The position numbers were made by a program, and so were the translations under genes. DNA of 64,000 bases from a bacterium (GTDB taxonomy: Bacteria > Hinthialibacterota > Hinthialibacteria > Hinthialibacterales > Hinthialibacteraceae). Each line of letters starts with the position of its first letter. Position 1 is the stretch's first letter. The notes beneath the pieces were generated by a model. It made no database searches, was not told where the DNA came from, and saw only the letters and a list, made by a program, of their open reading frames with translations. Positions 9,593-19,467 of the stretch are shown piece by piece. The DNA is taken from assembly GCA_963662285.2 (NCBI GenBank), contig CAXXMV010000006.1:1344001-1408000 (forward strand). Reading direction: 5' to 3'.

Positions 9593-12391
9593 TCAATAAA
9601 TCACAACCATTCCATATATTATGGCCGCAACAATAACTAAGCCGGTGAACAGGAATATCATACCGAATAGCACCGCAAGCCATGATATCAATCTTGAAGG
9701 CGCTTCGACGATATAATCGTCCAACTTGCCGCTTTCAAGCAATTGCTGATATTCACGGGGACGCTCTGATTTAAATTCTTCCAGCGGAACGCGACCGGTG
9801 AAAATAACTGGATCCATCGGGAATATACCCGGTCGGAAATGAGTGTTGAAGAAGTGAATCGTGAAAATAAAACCTGCTGCCAAAAGCGCTTCATCACTGT
9901 GAATGATGGTAGCCACGTTAATTATCCATCCCGGTAAAAACAGGGTGGTGAATTCCGGGAACCATAAAATCAGACCAGTCGAACCGATGATCAAGACGCC
10001 CCAGAATACGGCAAAGTAGTCAAATTTTTCCCAATAGGTCCACCTTCCAATCTTGGGACGTTTGCCCAGGCCCAGGAACCAAAGAACGTTCTGCTTCAGT
10101 TCTATTAGATCCCGTCTAGTAGGTAACATGGTATACTCTTCTGTAAACAGGCCTTTAATGGTAATTTCTCTTTTTCTCCACATGTTAAATACAAGGAAGA
10201 GATGAATGCCAAAGTACGCGAAGGTAATAATTGCGCTAATCCGGTGAATGAAGCCTGTTCCAACCGGTCCGCCTAATATTTTAGAAACAAAATTGAGGAA
10301 TCCTACATCGGGGAATTTCAAGGTCATTCCAGTCAACGCCAGACTCAAGAAACTTACAATCACCATTAAGTGCAGAATCCTTTGGCTATATCTGAACCGG
10401 CGTATAAATTTGCCGCCCTGATGTTGCAGGGTCTCCCGCTCTTTTAATCTTGCTTTATGTTGGTAATGGTAAATCAGGGACCGGATCAACCATAACAAGG
10501 TATGGAGGCCGAAGAATGTTAAAGTCCCTATTAACAAGCAGGTCATGAATATGAAGGAATAAAACAATATTGGATACTTATCTTTATCATAGTGGGTGGC
10601 GTGGGTTAAATATCCGGTAAACTGACGGTTGGAATGGGGATGGCACGCCCGGCATGTTTCAATAATATTATTTCTATGTAAGGTAGACAGTGGATTGTAA
10701 TTAGGCAAAATATTATGAGAACCATGACAGTCGTTGCATTTGGCGGCGACCGTATCTCCCAATTTTGAAGCCTTGCCATGGTATGTTTCAAAATACGATT
10801 CAGTTAAACTCTCATGGCATCTTCCGCATGTTTTAAATAATTCCGTCCTGAAATCGTCTTGATCCACCCTGGAGATAGTGTGCGAGTGGTGACAGTCCTT
10901 ACATGACGGTAATGGTTGGTCTGTATCGCTGAAAACAGGACTATGGATGCTCTTATCAAATTCTTCCAATATTCCAAAATGGCATTTGCCGCATGTTTTT
11001 CCAATGTTCTTTTCATTTACCGAAGAATTTTCATCTTTAGGAGCTAAAATATTATGCGCATTATGGCAATTGGTGCACATAGCCGTAACTACCAGGCCGC
11101 TCTCGATCAAGCCCTTGCCATGCACGCTCATTGAGTAGTTGCTGACAATCTGATCTTCCGTAATGGCTTCTCTGATAGCCGCAGGCTGTCCATGGGCGTG
11201 GCACTGGCTGCATAATTTTGGGACGTTTTTGGGAAATGTTACCGATTGCGGATTATCTTTGGGAAGCATGTCGTGAGTTCCATGGCAGAAAAGACAGGTC
11301 GGGGCATTGGGATCGCCCAGTGCTTCAAATGCGCCATGAATGCTGGTCTGGTGGTCAGATACTTGCTTCGCATGGCAGACAGAGCAATCAACCGGTTTGA
11401 TATCTTTGCAAACCGGATCATTTTCCGGGTGGACGTCATAATGGCATTTCACGCAGGAGACGTTGGCGTGAACCGAATTATCAACATGACCCTTATCGAT
11501 AAATAATGCTATCTCTTCTCCATCCTTCTCCATTTTTAAGTTCTGGTCGGAGTGGCAGGTCAGGCATGTACCGTCAGCAATTTCAATATCATATTGCACT
11601 CTTTGGATTTTATGGGGCGAGTGGCAATCAACGCATATTGGGATTTTATGGGGTTCTTTTTCCCACAATTGCCCTTCAATAATCTTTTCATGTACAACTT
11701 CAATCTGAGCATGGCAGGTCATACAAGTTGTTGTAACATTATCTTTATTAATGGAAGATTGGGGATTGGCGTGATGTAAAATATTATGAGATCCATGACA
11801 ACTGGTACAAACCGCAGTAACTATCAATCCCCGCCGGAACAGACCTTCTCCATGAATTGACATCGAATAATTCGACACGACATTATGCTGGTCAATTTCA
11901 TGCGTCTCGGTCATTTCCGTGCCTTCCTTATGGCACGTTCCGCAAGTTGCGGGGATATTCATGATATAAGTTTTGGATGAAGGATCGGAAGGTGGGAGAA
12001 TGTTATGTTTGCCATGGCATGAAGCGCAGGTAGGGGCGAATTTATCTTCCCGTTGTAATGCAGCAATCCCATGGACGCTTGCGGAAAAAATTTCTAAAAC
12101 ATCGTCATGGCAATTGGAGCAATCAACTTTACTCAATCCTTCTTGGTGAGGCAGTTCTTCAATCTCATCATGGCAATCTATACAGGATAATGACTCATGT
12201 ACAGAATTTTGATAATCATTTAGATCAATGAAAATCGAAACTTCTTCTCCATCAATCTCCCCGGTATTGTCCTCTTCGCCATGACATTCCATGCAACTTT
12301 CCACTTCATCGACATCTTGAGCGAAAAGAACGGAATTATTTGAAATTGAAAAACAGAAAATCAGTAGGATGAAAAGATAAATTTGCTTCAT
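9593..12391 (-). CDS. multiheme cytochrome c (19 CxxCH) fused to a cytochrome b membrane domain (CbcL-like)
   Basis: Signal peptide and 19 CxxCH motifs counted. 'RWTYWEKFDYFAVFWG' and 'IHSDEALLAAGFIFTIHFFNTHFRP' match the CbcL-type cytochrome b domain. Confidence 0.9.
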   Translation of the reverse strand: MKQIYLFILLIFCFSISNNSVLFAQDVDEVESCMECHGEEDNTGEIDGEEVSIFIDLNDYQNSVHESLSCIDCHDEIEELPHQEGLSKVDCSNCHDDVLEIFSASVHGIAALQREDKFAPTCASCHGKHNILPPSDPSSKTYIMNIPATCGTCHKEGTEMTETHEIDQHNVVSNYSMSIHGEGLFRRGLIVTAVCTSCHGSHNILHHANPQSSINKDNVTTTCMTCHAQIEVVHEKIIEGQLWEKEPHKIPICVDCHSPHKIQRVQYDIEIADGTCLTCHSDQNLKMEKDGEEIALFIDKGHVDNSVHANVSCVKCHYDVHPENDPVCKDIKPVDCSVCHAKQVSDHQTSIHGAFEALGDPNAPTCLFCHGTHDMLPKDNPQSVTFPKNVPKLCSQCHAHGQPAAIREAITEDQIVSNYSMSVHGKGLIESGLVVTAMCTNCHNAHNILAPKDENSSVNEKNIGKTCGKCHFGILEEFDKSIHSPVFSDTDQPLPSCKDCHHSHTISRVDQDDFRTELFKTCGRCHESLTESYFETYHGKASKLGDTVAAKCNDCHGSHNILPNYNPLSTLHRNNIIETCRACHPHSNRQFTGYLTHATHYDKDKYPILFYSFIFMTCLLIGTLTFFGLHTLLWLIRSLIYHYQHKARLKERETLQHQGGKFIRRFRYSQRILHLMVIVSFLSLALTGMTLKFPDVGFLNFVSKILGGPVGTGFIHRISAIITFAYFGIHLFLVFNMWRKREITIKGLFTEEYTMLPTRRDLIELKQNVLWFLGLGKRPKIGRWTYWEKFDYFAVFWGVLIIGSTGLILWFPEFTTLFLPGWIINVATIIHSDEALLAAGFIFTIHFFNTHFRPGIFPMDPVIFTGRVPLEEFKSERPREYQQLLESGKLDDYIVEAPSRLISWLAVLFGMIFLFTGLVIVAAIIYGMVVIY

Positions 12392-12522
12392 AATCAACGC
12401 ACCCGGTTCTTAATAAAGCAAGTTGTATGTTTATCGTTCCATTGGTTGAATTACAATTATAGAGAAAGTTTTGACATATAGCAATAAATAGTTTTTGGCT
12501 GAGCACGCTGTTACGGAGGGTT

Positions 12523-12780
12523 TTATTTTATATTCAGAATATCGTGGATTCCGATTTTAATGAGGATGTATTCATCGTTTTCTAACTTGAAAATAATCCG
12601 GTAGTTCATGGATACGCTGATTTCCCACATATTTGGATATCCTTCCATTTTGTGAAGGCGGAGAGATGGATGTTGCGGATTTTCCAATAAGAGTTGTAAC
12701 TGCTTGTCAACTCGCTTGCGGATGGTAGAAGGCAGTTTGTTGTAGCGGGTAAGATATGGCTTAGTGATGCGAATTTTCAT
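12523..12780 (-). CDS. RelE/ParE-superfamily type II toxin (mRNA interferase)
   Basis: 85-aa basic protein with 'L.ENP.HPSLRLHKM.G...WEI.V..NYRIIF.....L..IG.HD'. Overlaps the upstream antitoxin by 4 nt. Confidence 0.85.
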   Translation of the reverse strand: MKIRITKPYLTRYNKLPSTIRKRVDKQLQLLLENPQHPSLRLHKMEGYPNMWEISVSMNYRIIFKLENDEYILIKIGIHDILNIK

Positions 12781-13229
12781 ATCTTCGCCGATTCTTTATG
12801 CAGGTATGCAATGGCATCTTCAGCATTATCAAAGGCTGGGCTTACATCTCCTGTACGGATATCCTGTTCAGCGGAGCGAACATCTTTCTGCCACTCTTCC
12901 GTCCAAAAGTAGGCTTGATCTTTGATAATAAGACCTGCCTTGGTTGCTATCTCGATTTCTATTTTTGTCAGACCTTTGGAATTGATAATATCGTTATTGA
13001 TTTTCGCCATTTTCGCCTGCGCCCGCGCAAGGATTTTCTGTTCGGCGTCAGAGAATTTAACGGCTGCAATTTTATCGGTCAAGCGTTTAGGAGTAAGTAC
13101 GATTTTTCCATTTACCGTAGTGGCGTCTAAAATATCGCCCGGCGCCAATTGCGCCTCGTCGAATACCGGCTTGGGAATGGTGATCTGATGTTTGGGGCTG
13201 ATACGGGTGGTCGGCATAGCGTTCCTCAT
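12777..13229 (-). CDS. AbrB/MazE/SpoVT-family antitoxin
   Basis: N-terminal 'RISPKHQITIPK.V.....L.PGD.L......GKIVLTP' and C-terminal 'DQAYFWTEEWQ...AE.DI..G.V..FDNAEDAI..L'. Confidence 0.85.
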   Translation of the reverse strand: MRNAMPTTRISPKHQITIPKPVFDEAQLAPGDILDATTVNGKIVLTPKRLTDKIAAVKFSDAEQKILARAQAKMAKINNDIINSKGLTKIEIEIATKAGLIIKDQAYFWTEEWQKDVRSAEQDIRTGDVSPAFDNAEDAIAYLHKESAKI

Positions 13230-13348
13230 TATAGAAATAGCGGTTTTAGTGCTTATTAAGTTTAGTATGAATTCTTTACTTCTTTACCAGATTAGCAAGG
13301 TCTATGGTTTTTGTCAAATTGATTTAAGTTTATGCGGTGAAATGTTTT

Positions 13349-15625
13349 TCAGTCTTCACGATCAACCGGCGGCCATGATGGAAGAGAAAGATATCGCCAG
13401 TCGTCGGTTATCTTCAGCAATGTTTCGGGAAGCGGTCCTTTGAGGTTCTGCGCTACTCCGTGGTACTTTCCTGTTTGATCTTTCCACAAGGCGAGGTCAA
13501 CTGGTTGCGTTAGGGATATTTCTAAATCATTAAGTTTAAAGCGCTGTAATGCTCCAGCCGCCAGGGCTTCCAGTTTCCCATTATGATCCAGCCTGATCGC
13601 CGCAAGTCCGGTGGCGTCGAATGTCACTTCATGTTTATCAATCCAGAAGGTTTTTTGCATTGCGTCGCCAGCGACGCTGTGGGCGCCTGCTACGTGGATT
13701 ACCGTACCATCAATCAAGCGGCAAAAACCTTCCGTCCGGGGAGCGCTGGATGTGTGTCCGAATGCATTTAAATGTCCCGTAGCAGGAGATTGGGATTCAA
13801 TTCCCTTGGCGCGCATCGTTTGGCATACGGAGGCTACCAGGGATTGAGGATCGTCAAACTGTTTCATGGATTCTGGAATAGCGATATGTTCTTGCAGCGG
13901 CTGGCCATCAAAATCTCTGCTCCAGTCTCCTATGCGCAACAGTGCGGTCCGTCCTTGAGCCGCTTTACGGAAAAACCGGGCGGTTGAGGATTTTTCGAAT
14001 TCTGGATGATAGAGAATCACCGCGGAATATGTCTGAGGACCGTATTGAATCATGCCATCATTATTCACAATTAAACTATGGTTATCAATTTCACTGCCGG
14101 GAATAAGGTCAGCCGGATATCCCGCCCGCCATAGAGCATTTGCTATATCCATGCCAACATCATCATAGGCCGGGCCAGCCCAATTCATGGAGCAGGCATG
14201 GCCGAATACTACCGCGACCGGGCAATCCAAGGGGCTTTTGGTGATGTAATTGAGCAGACGCACGCGGCTTTCCGCGATCATCAAGTCATCCCGTAACAGG
14301 TCGCGGCTGCCTGCCAGAATTGATCCAGGGCGCGGCCATATTGGATGATAATTGATCCGGCCGCCAGCCAGCGTGTGAGACCAGACGCTCTCCTGGTAAG
14401 CGGATTTAGCGTCTGAGTAAAACATATTGTACCAGACCGGGCTGTTCCATTTTTTAGCCAGGGCGGTGCGCACCGCGAAAGGAGTCATTTCATCGGTCTG
14501 GGCTATATCGCGTTTGGCGATCCACCAATCCAGGCCATTCTTTTTGAATTCCCGTGAATCAGGATAAGGCCACCAGGTTGGATGGGTGGCGACCAGAGCT
14601 GATGCGCCGAAGGTCTCTTTAACTGACTGGTAGAAATCCTGCTCAATGGCGCCATTGCGGAGGCGCGACATCTGCATGAAATGATTGATCGCCGCAATCC
14701 GTTCCGCTTCACGGCCTTGGACGCCCTTTGACATGAGCAGACAATCAAACAGCAAAACCCTACCGCTGGTTTGTTCGGCGTATTGCTCTGCGCGATGGGA
14801 TGAATACCAGAATTGATCTTTGGCGGGATTGCCGTCGAAGCAGGGCGGGAAGCCCCACTCATCTTTACAGACTCCAGCTAACGGGACGTCTTTATATGCG
14901 TCAATAATCCACCGTTGATATTCCATGATATGAGGGGCGAACACATCCGGCGTCAAGTGAGTGCATGCGGCCATGACGCTTACCTTGAGGTTCTTGGAAT
15001 CAGAGGCGGATGGAATTACAACGCTTACTGCTTCGCTGGATTGCCCGATGATGCGGCAATCCTGAGTGATATCCCTAAGAGTGGCCGGGTTGATGCCATG
15101 TTCATTGCGCTGATATGCATAGACGCGCATCAACGATCCATCCAACGGAATATAATGCGTGGTGCGGTGGGTGTAGTGGTCGCTGAGGTCATGGCTTTTT
15201 ACTGTTACCTCAATGGCATCTCCGCCGGTTAATTCGGCCTCCTGCAAAATCAGCATCTGCTGCAACTCGTCGGGATAGAGTTTTTGGAATGCCCGCCGCG
15301 CCAGACGTACGTCCAGGTCCATCACAATAGGTACGCCGCGCTCGCGGGCGTAGATCGCCGCTGCTTTTATCTGATCATGAACCTTTTTATCTGATACTTC
15401 ATACAAAGGCGCCCGTAGACTGGTGGTCAGTAAGTTATAGGGCGAGTGCTCGCTGACCAGATCAATAAATTTCTTGTATCCCTCCGACTCAAACTCAGCT
15501 TCATGCCAGAACCAACAGCCCAAAACAGGATAAACCTCTGGTGGAAGACGATGAGGCTGAGCATTCAGAATATTCACGAAAACGAAAACAAACGATAATA
15601 ACAGGGAAGAGCGCAGCATTTTCAT
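13349..15625 (-). CDS. secreted protein of unknown function, possibly glycoside-hydrolase-like
   Basis: 758-aa ORF with a signal peptide. 'GVCKDEWGF' and 'CPVAVVF' resemble a TIM barrel plus trimerisation-domain layout. Co-oriented with an esterase. Confidence 0.55.
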   Translation of the reverse strand: MKMLRSSLLLSFVFVFVNILNAQPHRLPPEVYPVLGCWFWHEAEFESEGYKKFIDLVSEHSPYNLLTTSLRAPLYEVSDKKVHDQIKAAAIYARERGVPIVMDLDVRLARRAFQKLYPDELQQMLILQEAELTGGDAIEVTVKSHDLSDHYTHRTTHYIPLDGSLMRVYAYQRNEHGINPATLRDITQDCRIIGQSSEAVSVVIPSASDSKNLKVSVMAACTHLTPDVFAPHIMEYQRWIIDAYKDVPLAGVCKDEWGFPPCFDGNPAKDQFWYSSHRAEQYAEQTSGRVLLFDCLLMSKGVQGREAERIAAINHFMQMSRLRNGAIEQDFYQSVKETFGASALVATHPTWWPYPDSREFKKNGLDWWIAKRDIAQTDEMTPFAVRTALAKKWNSPVWYNMFYSDAKSAYQESVWSHTLAGGRINYHPIWPRPGSILAGSRDLLRDDLMIAESRVRLLNYITKSPLDCPVAVVFGHACSMNWAGPAYDDVGMDIANALWRAGYPADLIPGSEIDNHSLIVNNDGMIQYGPQTYSAVILYHPEFEKSSTARFFRKAAQGRTALLRIGDWSRDFDGQPLQEHIAIPESMKQFDDPQSLVASVCQTMRAKGIESQSPATGHLNAFGHTSSAPRTEGFCRLIDGTVIHVAGAHSVAGDAMQKTFWIDKHEVTFDATGLAAIRLDHNGKLEALAAGALQRFKLNDLEISLTQPVDLALWKDQTGKYHGVAQNLKGPLPETLLKITDDWRYLSLPSWPPVDRED

Positions 15626-15663
15626 TATGGTATTAATTCCTTAGGTTCAACTGATAGTCAACG

Positions 15664-16455
15664 TTATTTACTTGCACTCAAATATGCCTTAGCATAACGG
15701 CGCCCGAATTCACGTAATGAAGGTGCGTTGAAATGAATATGGTCATCCTTACAGGTTAGTCCATCCGCTGAAACAAAATACACATTCTTCATTTTGGCGG
15801 CTACTGTTTTATGAGCCTGATCAACAAAATTTTTCTCAGCAGTCCAGGGGCTTTCTTTGAACTTGCCCATCTGGCCAATGATAAAAGGAACGTCAGGAGC
15901 ATCTAAATCTTTGCGGAAACGGCGTATCACATTTTGCAGGTTCTTTTCATAGTCCTGCGATAATTCGGCAGTGCAGTCTGATTCGCCTTGATGCCACAGG
16001 ATTCCCTTCAATACGCCAAACTGCATGGCGTACCTGGTTCTTTCTATCGCGTCATCATAAGGATTGCTTTGAGTCTGTTTCCAGGAAACTCCGGGACTCC
16101 AGGTTGAAATTGGCGAACCGCCGCAGGCGCATGGAACCAGTCCGATAGTGATATCTTTATTAGATTCGAGTAGGGTAAGGCCGAAGGTTTGGGCTAAACA
16201 AACACCAGCAGCTGATTTATCAAAATGGATGGGAGCTATTGCTGGAACCCAGGTTTTGCTTTTGTTTAAGCTTAATAGCCGGGGATGAGGAATTTTATCC
16301 TGTTCAGCGATTTTGCCCCGTCCCGCCATGTTTGATTGACCCGCTAATAGGAAAATATGTAGAGACTCTTTTTTTGGTAGATCAATATTTTCTGAGAAAA
16401 CCGTGATGCTGCTGAGTAATATAATGATGATTGCGGTGCACATGTGTTTATACAT
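15664..16455 (-). CDS. SGNH carbohydrate esterase (SASA / CE6-like O-acetylesterase)
   Basis: AGQSNMAGRG, GILWHQGESD and DHIH motifs, plus a signal peptide. Confidence 0.9.
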   Translation of the reverse strand: MYKHMCTAIIIILLSSITVFSENIDLPKKESLHIFLLAGQSNMAGRGKIAEQDKIPHPRLLSLNKSKTWVPAIAPIHFDKSAAGVCLAQTFGLTLLESNKDITIGLVPCACGGSPISTWSPGVSWKQTQSNPYDDAIERTRYAMQFGVLKGILWHQGESDCTAELSQDYEKNLQNVIRRFRKDLDAPDVPFIIGQMGKFKESPWTAEKNFVDQAHKTVAAKMKNVYFVSADGLTCKDDHIHFNAPSLREFGRRYAKAYLSASK

Positions 16456-16488
16456 TTTGTAATTACCTTTCAGTTTGTTTGATCTATT

Positions 16489-17910
16489 CTATAGAATAAT
16501 TGAACCACCTTTTTTTAGTTCACTACGAAGGTTTTGCGGATTCACATGCTCAATGGATTGGTGGTTGTTTATCGCCAGGCAGGCGGCCACGCCAGCTGCT
16601 TCTCCGGTTTGGTTCATGTTGACCATGACGCGAACAGCGGAAAAAGCCTCTTTGGCCGCGTCTAACATACGGCCTGCGATAATCAGGTTTCCATACGGCC
16701 CCTGAGGGATCAAGGTTCTGAATGGAATCTGGTAAAAGGTTGGATTGACGGCGGTTTTTTCGCGCCAGCGCCCGGATTCCCGCGGCGCTCCCGGTCTACT
16801 ATATTCCATTCGTCCATCGAGATATTTCAAGGTGATTCCCGGTTTATCCTGATGATGTACGTCGATGCGGTAACTGCCATTAGCGATAGCATCATCAAAC
16901 CGTTTGCCATAGAGAATATCATCATCTTTCAGTTGGTATTTACAATGAATGTGACGGGTTTCGCGCAAGCCGATATGAGAAGGCAGCGCTTGCAGAGTGA
17001 TGCTATTTTGCGGCGCGTATTTTCTTAAAATATCATGTATAGCCCGAATCTGCCTGCGGCCTTCGATTTCGGCTTTAGTCAGATCATCGGCGTTGGCGCA
17101 GTTTACGTCGTAGATGCGCGTGCCAGCCAGCATGTAGACTTCGGAGTTTGGAACATAACCGCCCCACATAAAACCTTCAGGCAGGTTGTATTCCTTGCGG
17201 TGTTCGGTGATAAGTTGATTGAAATTGACGCCGCTAAGCGATTTCCATTGATCAAAACGGGCGCAGGTGGTTGGCGGTTGCAGCGCAGATCGCGTGTAGG
17301 ATGGAAGGTTCAATCGGGCGCATAGATCGCCGTCGCCAGTCGCGTCAATGAAGACTTTGGCTTTGATAGCGCCCCGGCCTGATTTGTTTTCAACGATTAC
17401 CGCTGTTAGTTCACCATCAGTAACAACCGGTTGAGAAAACATGGTATGTAAATAGGGCGTGATCTTCTCTGCCGTTACAAGTTCATCGAGTTCGATTTTC
17501 AGTTCTTCAGAGTTGAAATCATAGCCCCGGCTTCCATTTTGGGGGAGTTCTTTGCAGGCGCCGCGTTGTTTAAGGCGATCCATTACTTCGCTGGTTAATC
17601 CGGCGAAAATCTCTTTTTCAAACACTTCATCTTTATGGCTATGCCATACATTGACGAGTGAGTTGGTCGCTGTTCCCCCGAAACTGTTCTGTTTTTCAAC
17701 AATAACAACCTTGGCCCCCAGTCTGGCCGCCCGAACTGCTGCAAAAACTCCTGTGCAACTGCCGCCCAGGACGCAAATGTCGCATTCAGCAATAAACGGG
17801 ATAGTTCTGGAAGGCTCAATTATTTCACCAGGTTCAGCACGTATAGGAGATGGTTTGAAAACCTGCAAACCAGCAAGAGACGCAAGGCTCATAAAAAAGC
17901 GGCGTTTCAT
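16489..17910 (-). CDS. Tat-exported FAD-dependent oxidoreductase (FAD_oxidored-type)
   Basis: MKRRFF twin-arginine leader, 'DICVLGGSCTGVFAAVRAARLGAKVVIVE', IDATGDGD, RETR, YQIPFRTLIP, GEAAG. Confidence 0.88.
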   Translation of the reverse strand: MKRRFFMSLASLAGLQVFKPSPIRAEPGEIIEPSRTIPFIAECDICVLGGSCTGVFAAVRAARLGAKVVIVEKQNSFGGTATNSLVNVWHSHKDEVFEKEIFAGLTSEVMDRLKQRGACKELPQNGSRGYDFNSEELKIELDELVTAEKITPYLHTMFSQPVVTDGELTAVIVENKSGRGAIKAKVFIDATGDGDLCARLNLPSYTRSALQPPTTCARFDQWKSLSGVNFNQLITEHRKEYNLPEGFMWGGYVPNSEVYMLAGTRIYDVNCANADDLTKAEIEGRRQIRAIHDILRKYAPQNSITLQALPSHIGLRETRHIHCKYQLKDDDILYGKRFDDAIANGSYRIDVHHQDKPGITLKYLDGRMEYSRPGAPRESGRWREKTAVNPTFYQIPFRTLIPQGPYGNLIIAGRMLDAAKEAFSAVRVMVNMNQTGEAAGVAACLAINNHQSIEHVNPQNLRSELKKGGSIIL

Positions 17911-18008
17911 TTCATTCTCAATTCTTTATAGGAATTAGCATAACAATGTAATTATCTTCTATCATTAATTATTCTGTCAATGATAGGATAATTAATGAAT
18001 AAATACGG

Positions 18009-18053
18009 AAGAAATCTGATCAATCATTGAACTTCGCTTTACATTGTTAATAT
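18009..18053 (+). repeat. 45-bp direct repeat, copy 1 (downstream side of WD40 gene)
   Basis: AAGAAATCTGATCAATCATTGAACTTCGCTTTACATTGTTAATAT, with 3 mismatches to 19365-19409. Confidence 0.9.
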
Positions 18054-18058
18054 TGATT

Positions 18059-19180
18059 TCAATAATTTTTTTGGGAGGATGACTTGGCGTCGTCTAACTT
18101 CGGAACAACCAGTTCTTTCTTCGGAGAGTGTTGAAATTCCTGTAGTGGTTCGCCCGTTTCCGCATCCCATAGAATAACTCTATCTGTACATGCCGTCAAA
18201 ATCCATTCCCCGTCATGAGAAAAACAGGCGTCTGTCATATGAGACGGACTGTTGAATGCGCGGATTGTTTTTCCATCACTTGTTCGACTTAGTAGAGCGG
18301 AATTATCAATGGCTGACGATAGGATTAATTTGCCATCTGGTGAGTATTGAATGCTATTGATGAAGCCTTTGTGGTTTCCCAATTTATGAATAGATTGGCC
18401 CGTTTGAGTGTTCCAAAGAGTAATGGTTTTGTCTAATCCTCCAGTCGCCGCCCGGGTTCCATCCGGGGAAAGGGCGACCGCCTGGATGTAGTTCTCGTGC
18501 CCTCCAACATCAAATGACTGAATCTTTTCGCCTGTCATTACATCCCACAAAACGGCCAGGGCTGGATGACCGGTTATCAGTTTTTTGCTGTCAGATGAGA
18601 AATCGCATGAATAATTCCATCTTCTTTGGCCGTCATTGACAGATAGGGTTTGCAATAGTTTCCCATCACGTGCGCTCCATATTTTCGTGGTCATATCGTG
18701 GCTGGATGAAGCGACGCGCGTTCCGTCGGGAGAATAATCTACGCACCAAATCCATTGTGAATGACCTTTTAACTTATGAATTGTTTTTCCTGATTGGCGT
18801 TTCCATATTCTCGCTTCAAAGTCCTTGCTGCCAGTGACGATGTATTGTCCTGAAGGAGAAATGTCTACGGAGAAGATGCCGCTGCGATGCCCCAACAGGG
18901 TCATTTCCACTTCGCCGGATTCAATATTCCAGATTTTGGCCGTGCCGTCCTCGCTGGCCGTTACGATCCATTTTTTATCGGGGGAAATAACGGCTGAGTT
19001 AATTTGTTTTTTATGACCCCTGTGTGTTTCTTTTTGTTGTATTGCGCGGGCGTCTTGGGATGAATACTTGTCTTTGAGTGAATCTTTGTTAGGAAAGGTT
19101 TGTCCATAACTGGGGGGGATTAAATTTAAAAGGATGCAAGATAAAAAGACGCTGGCTGAGAAATAATATAGTTTTTGCAT
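18059..19180 (-). CDS. secreted WD40-repeat protein
   Basis: About 7 GH...V..V.FSPDG..I.T.S.D.T..IW repeats after a signal peptide. Confidence 0.93.
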   Translation of the reverse strand: MQKLYYFSASVFLSCILLNLIPPSYGQTFPNKDSLKDKYSSQDARAIQQKETHRGHKKQINSAVISPDKKWIVTASEDGTAKIWNIESGEVEMTLLGHRSGIFSVDISPSGQYIVTGSKDFEARIWKRQSGKTIHKLKGHSQWIWCVDYSPDGTRVASSSHDMTTKIWSARDGKLLQTLSVNDGQRRWNYSCDFSSDSKKLITGHPALAVLWDVMTGEKIQSFDVGGHENYIQAVALSPDGTRAATGGLDKTITLWNTQTGQSIHKLGNHKGFINSIQYSPDGKLILSSAIDNSALLSRTSDGKTIRAFNSPSHMTDACFSHDGEWILTACTDRVILWDAETGEPLQEFQHSPKKELVVPKLDDAKSSSQKNY

Positions 19181-19364
19181 GAATAACTCCCATTCTGATT
19201 AAAGTGGTGAGATTGAAGATTTATACTAGCAGACGCTCAAATGTATTTCAACATCAAGATGCAACATAAATAGCCCATCAAAGTTAGATTGATAGAATTT
19301 TAATTTATAGAGTGAATGCTTGATCCAACCTTATTTTTTACAATCGCTATAGCATAAAATTCTA

Positions 19365-19409
19365 AAGAAATCTTAACAATCATTGAACTTCGCTTGACAT
19401 TGTTAATAT
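19365..19409 (+). repeat. 45-bp direct repeat, copy 2 (contains TTGACA upstream of a Gfo gene)
   Basis: AAGAAATCTTAACAATCATTGAACTTCGCTTGACATTGTTAATAT. Confidence 0.9.
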
Positions 19410-19467
19410 CGTGTAGAAGATCATTATATTGGTTATTCATTTTTACAAATTAATAGGGAGACAGAGC

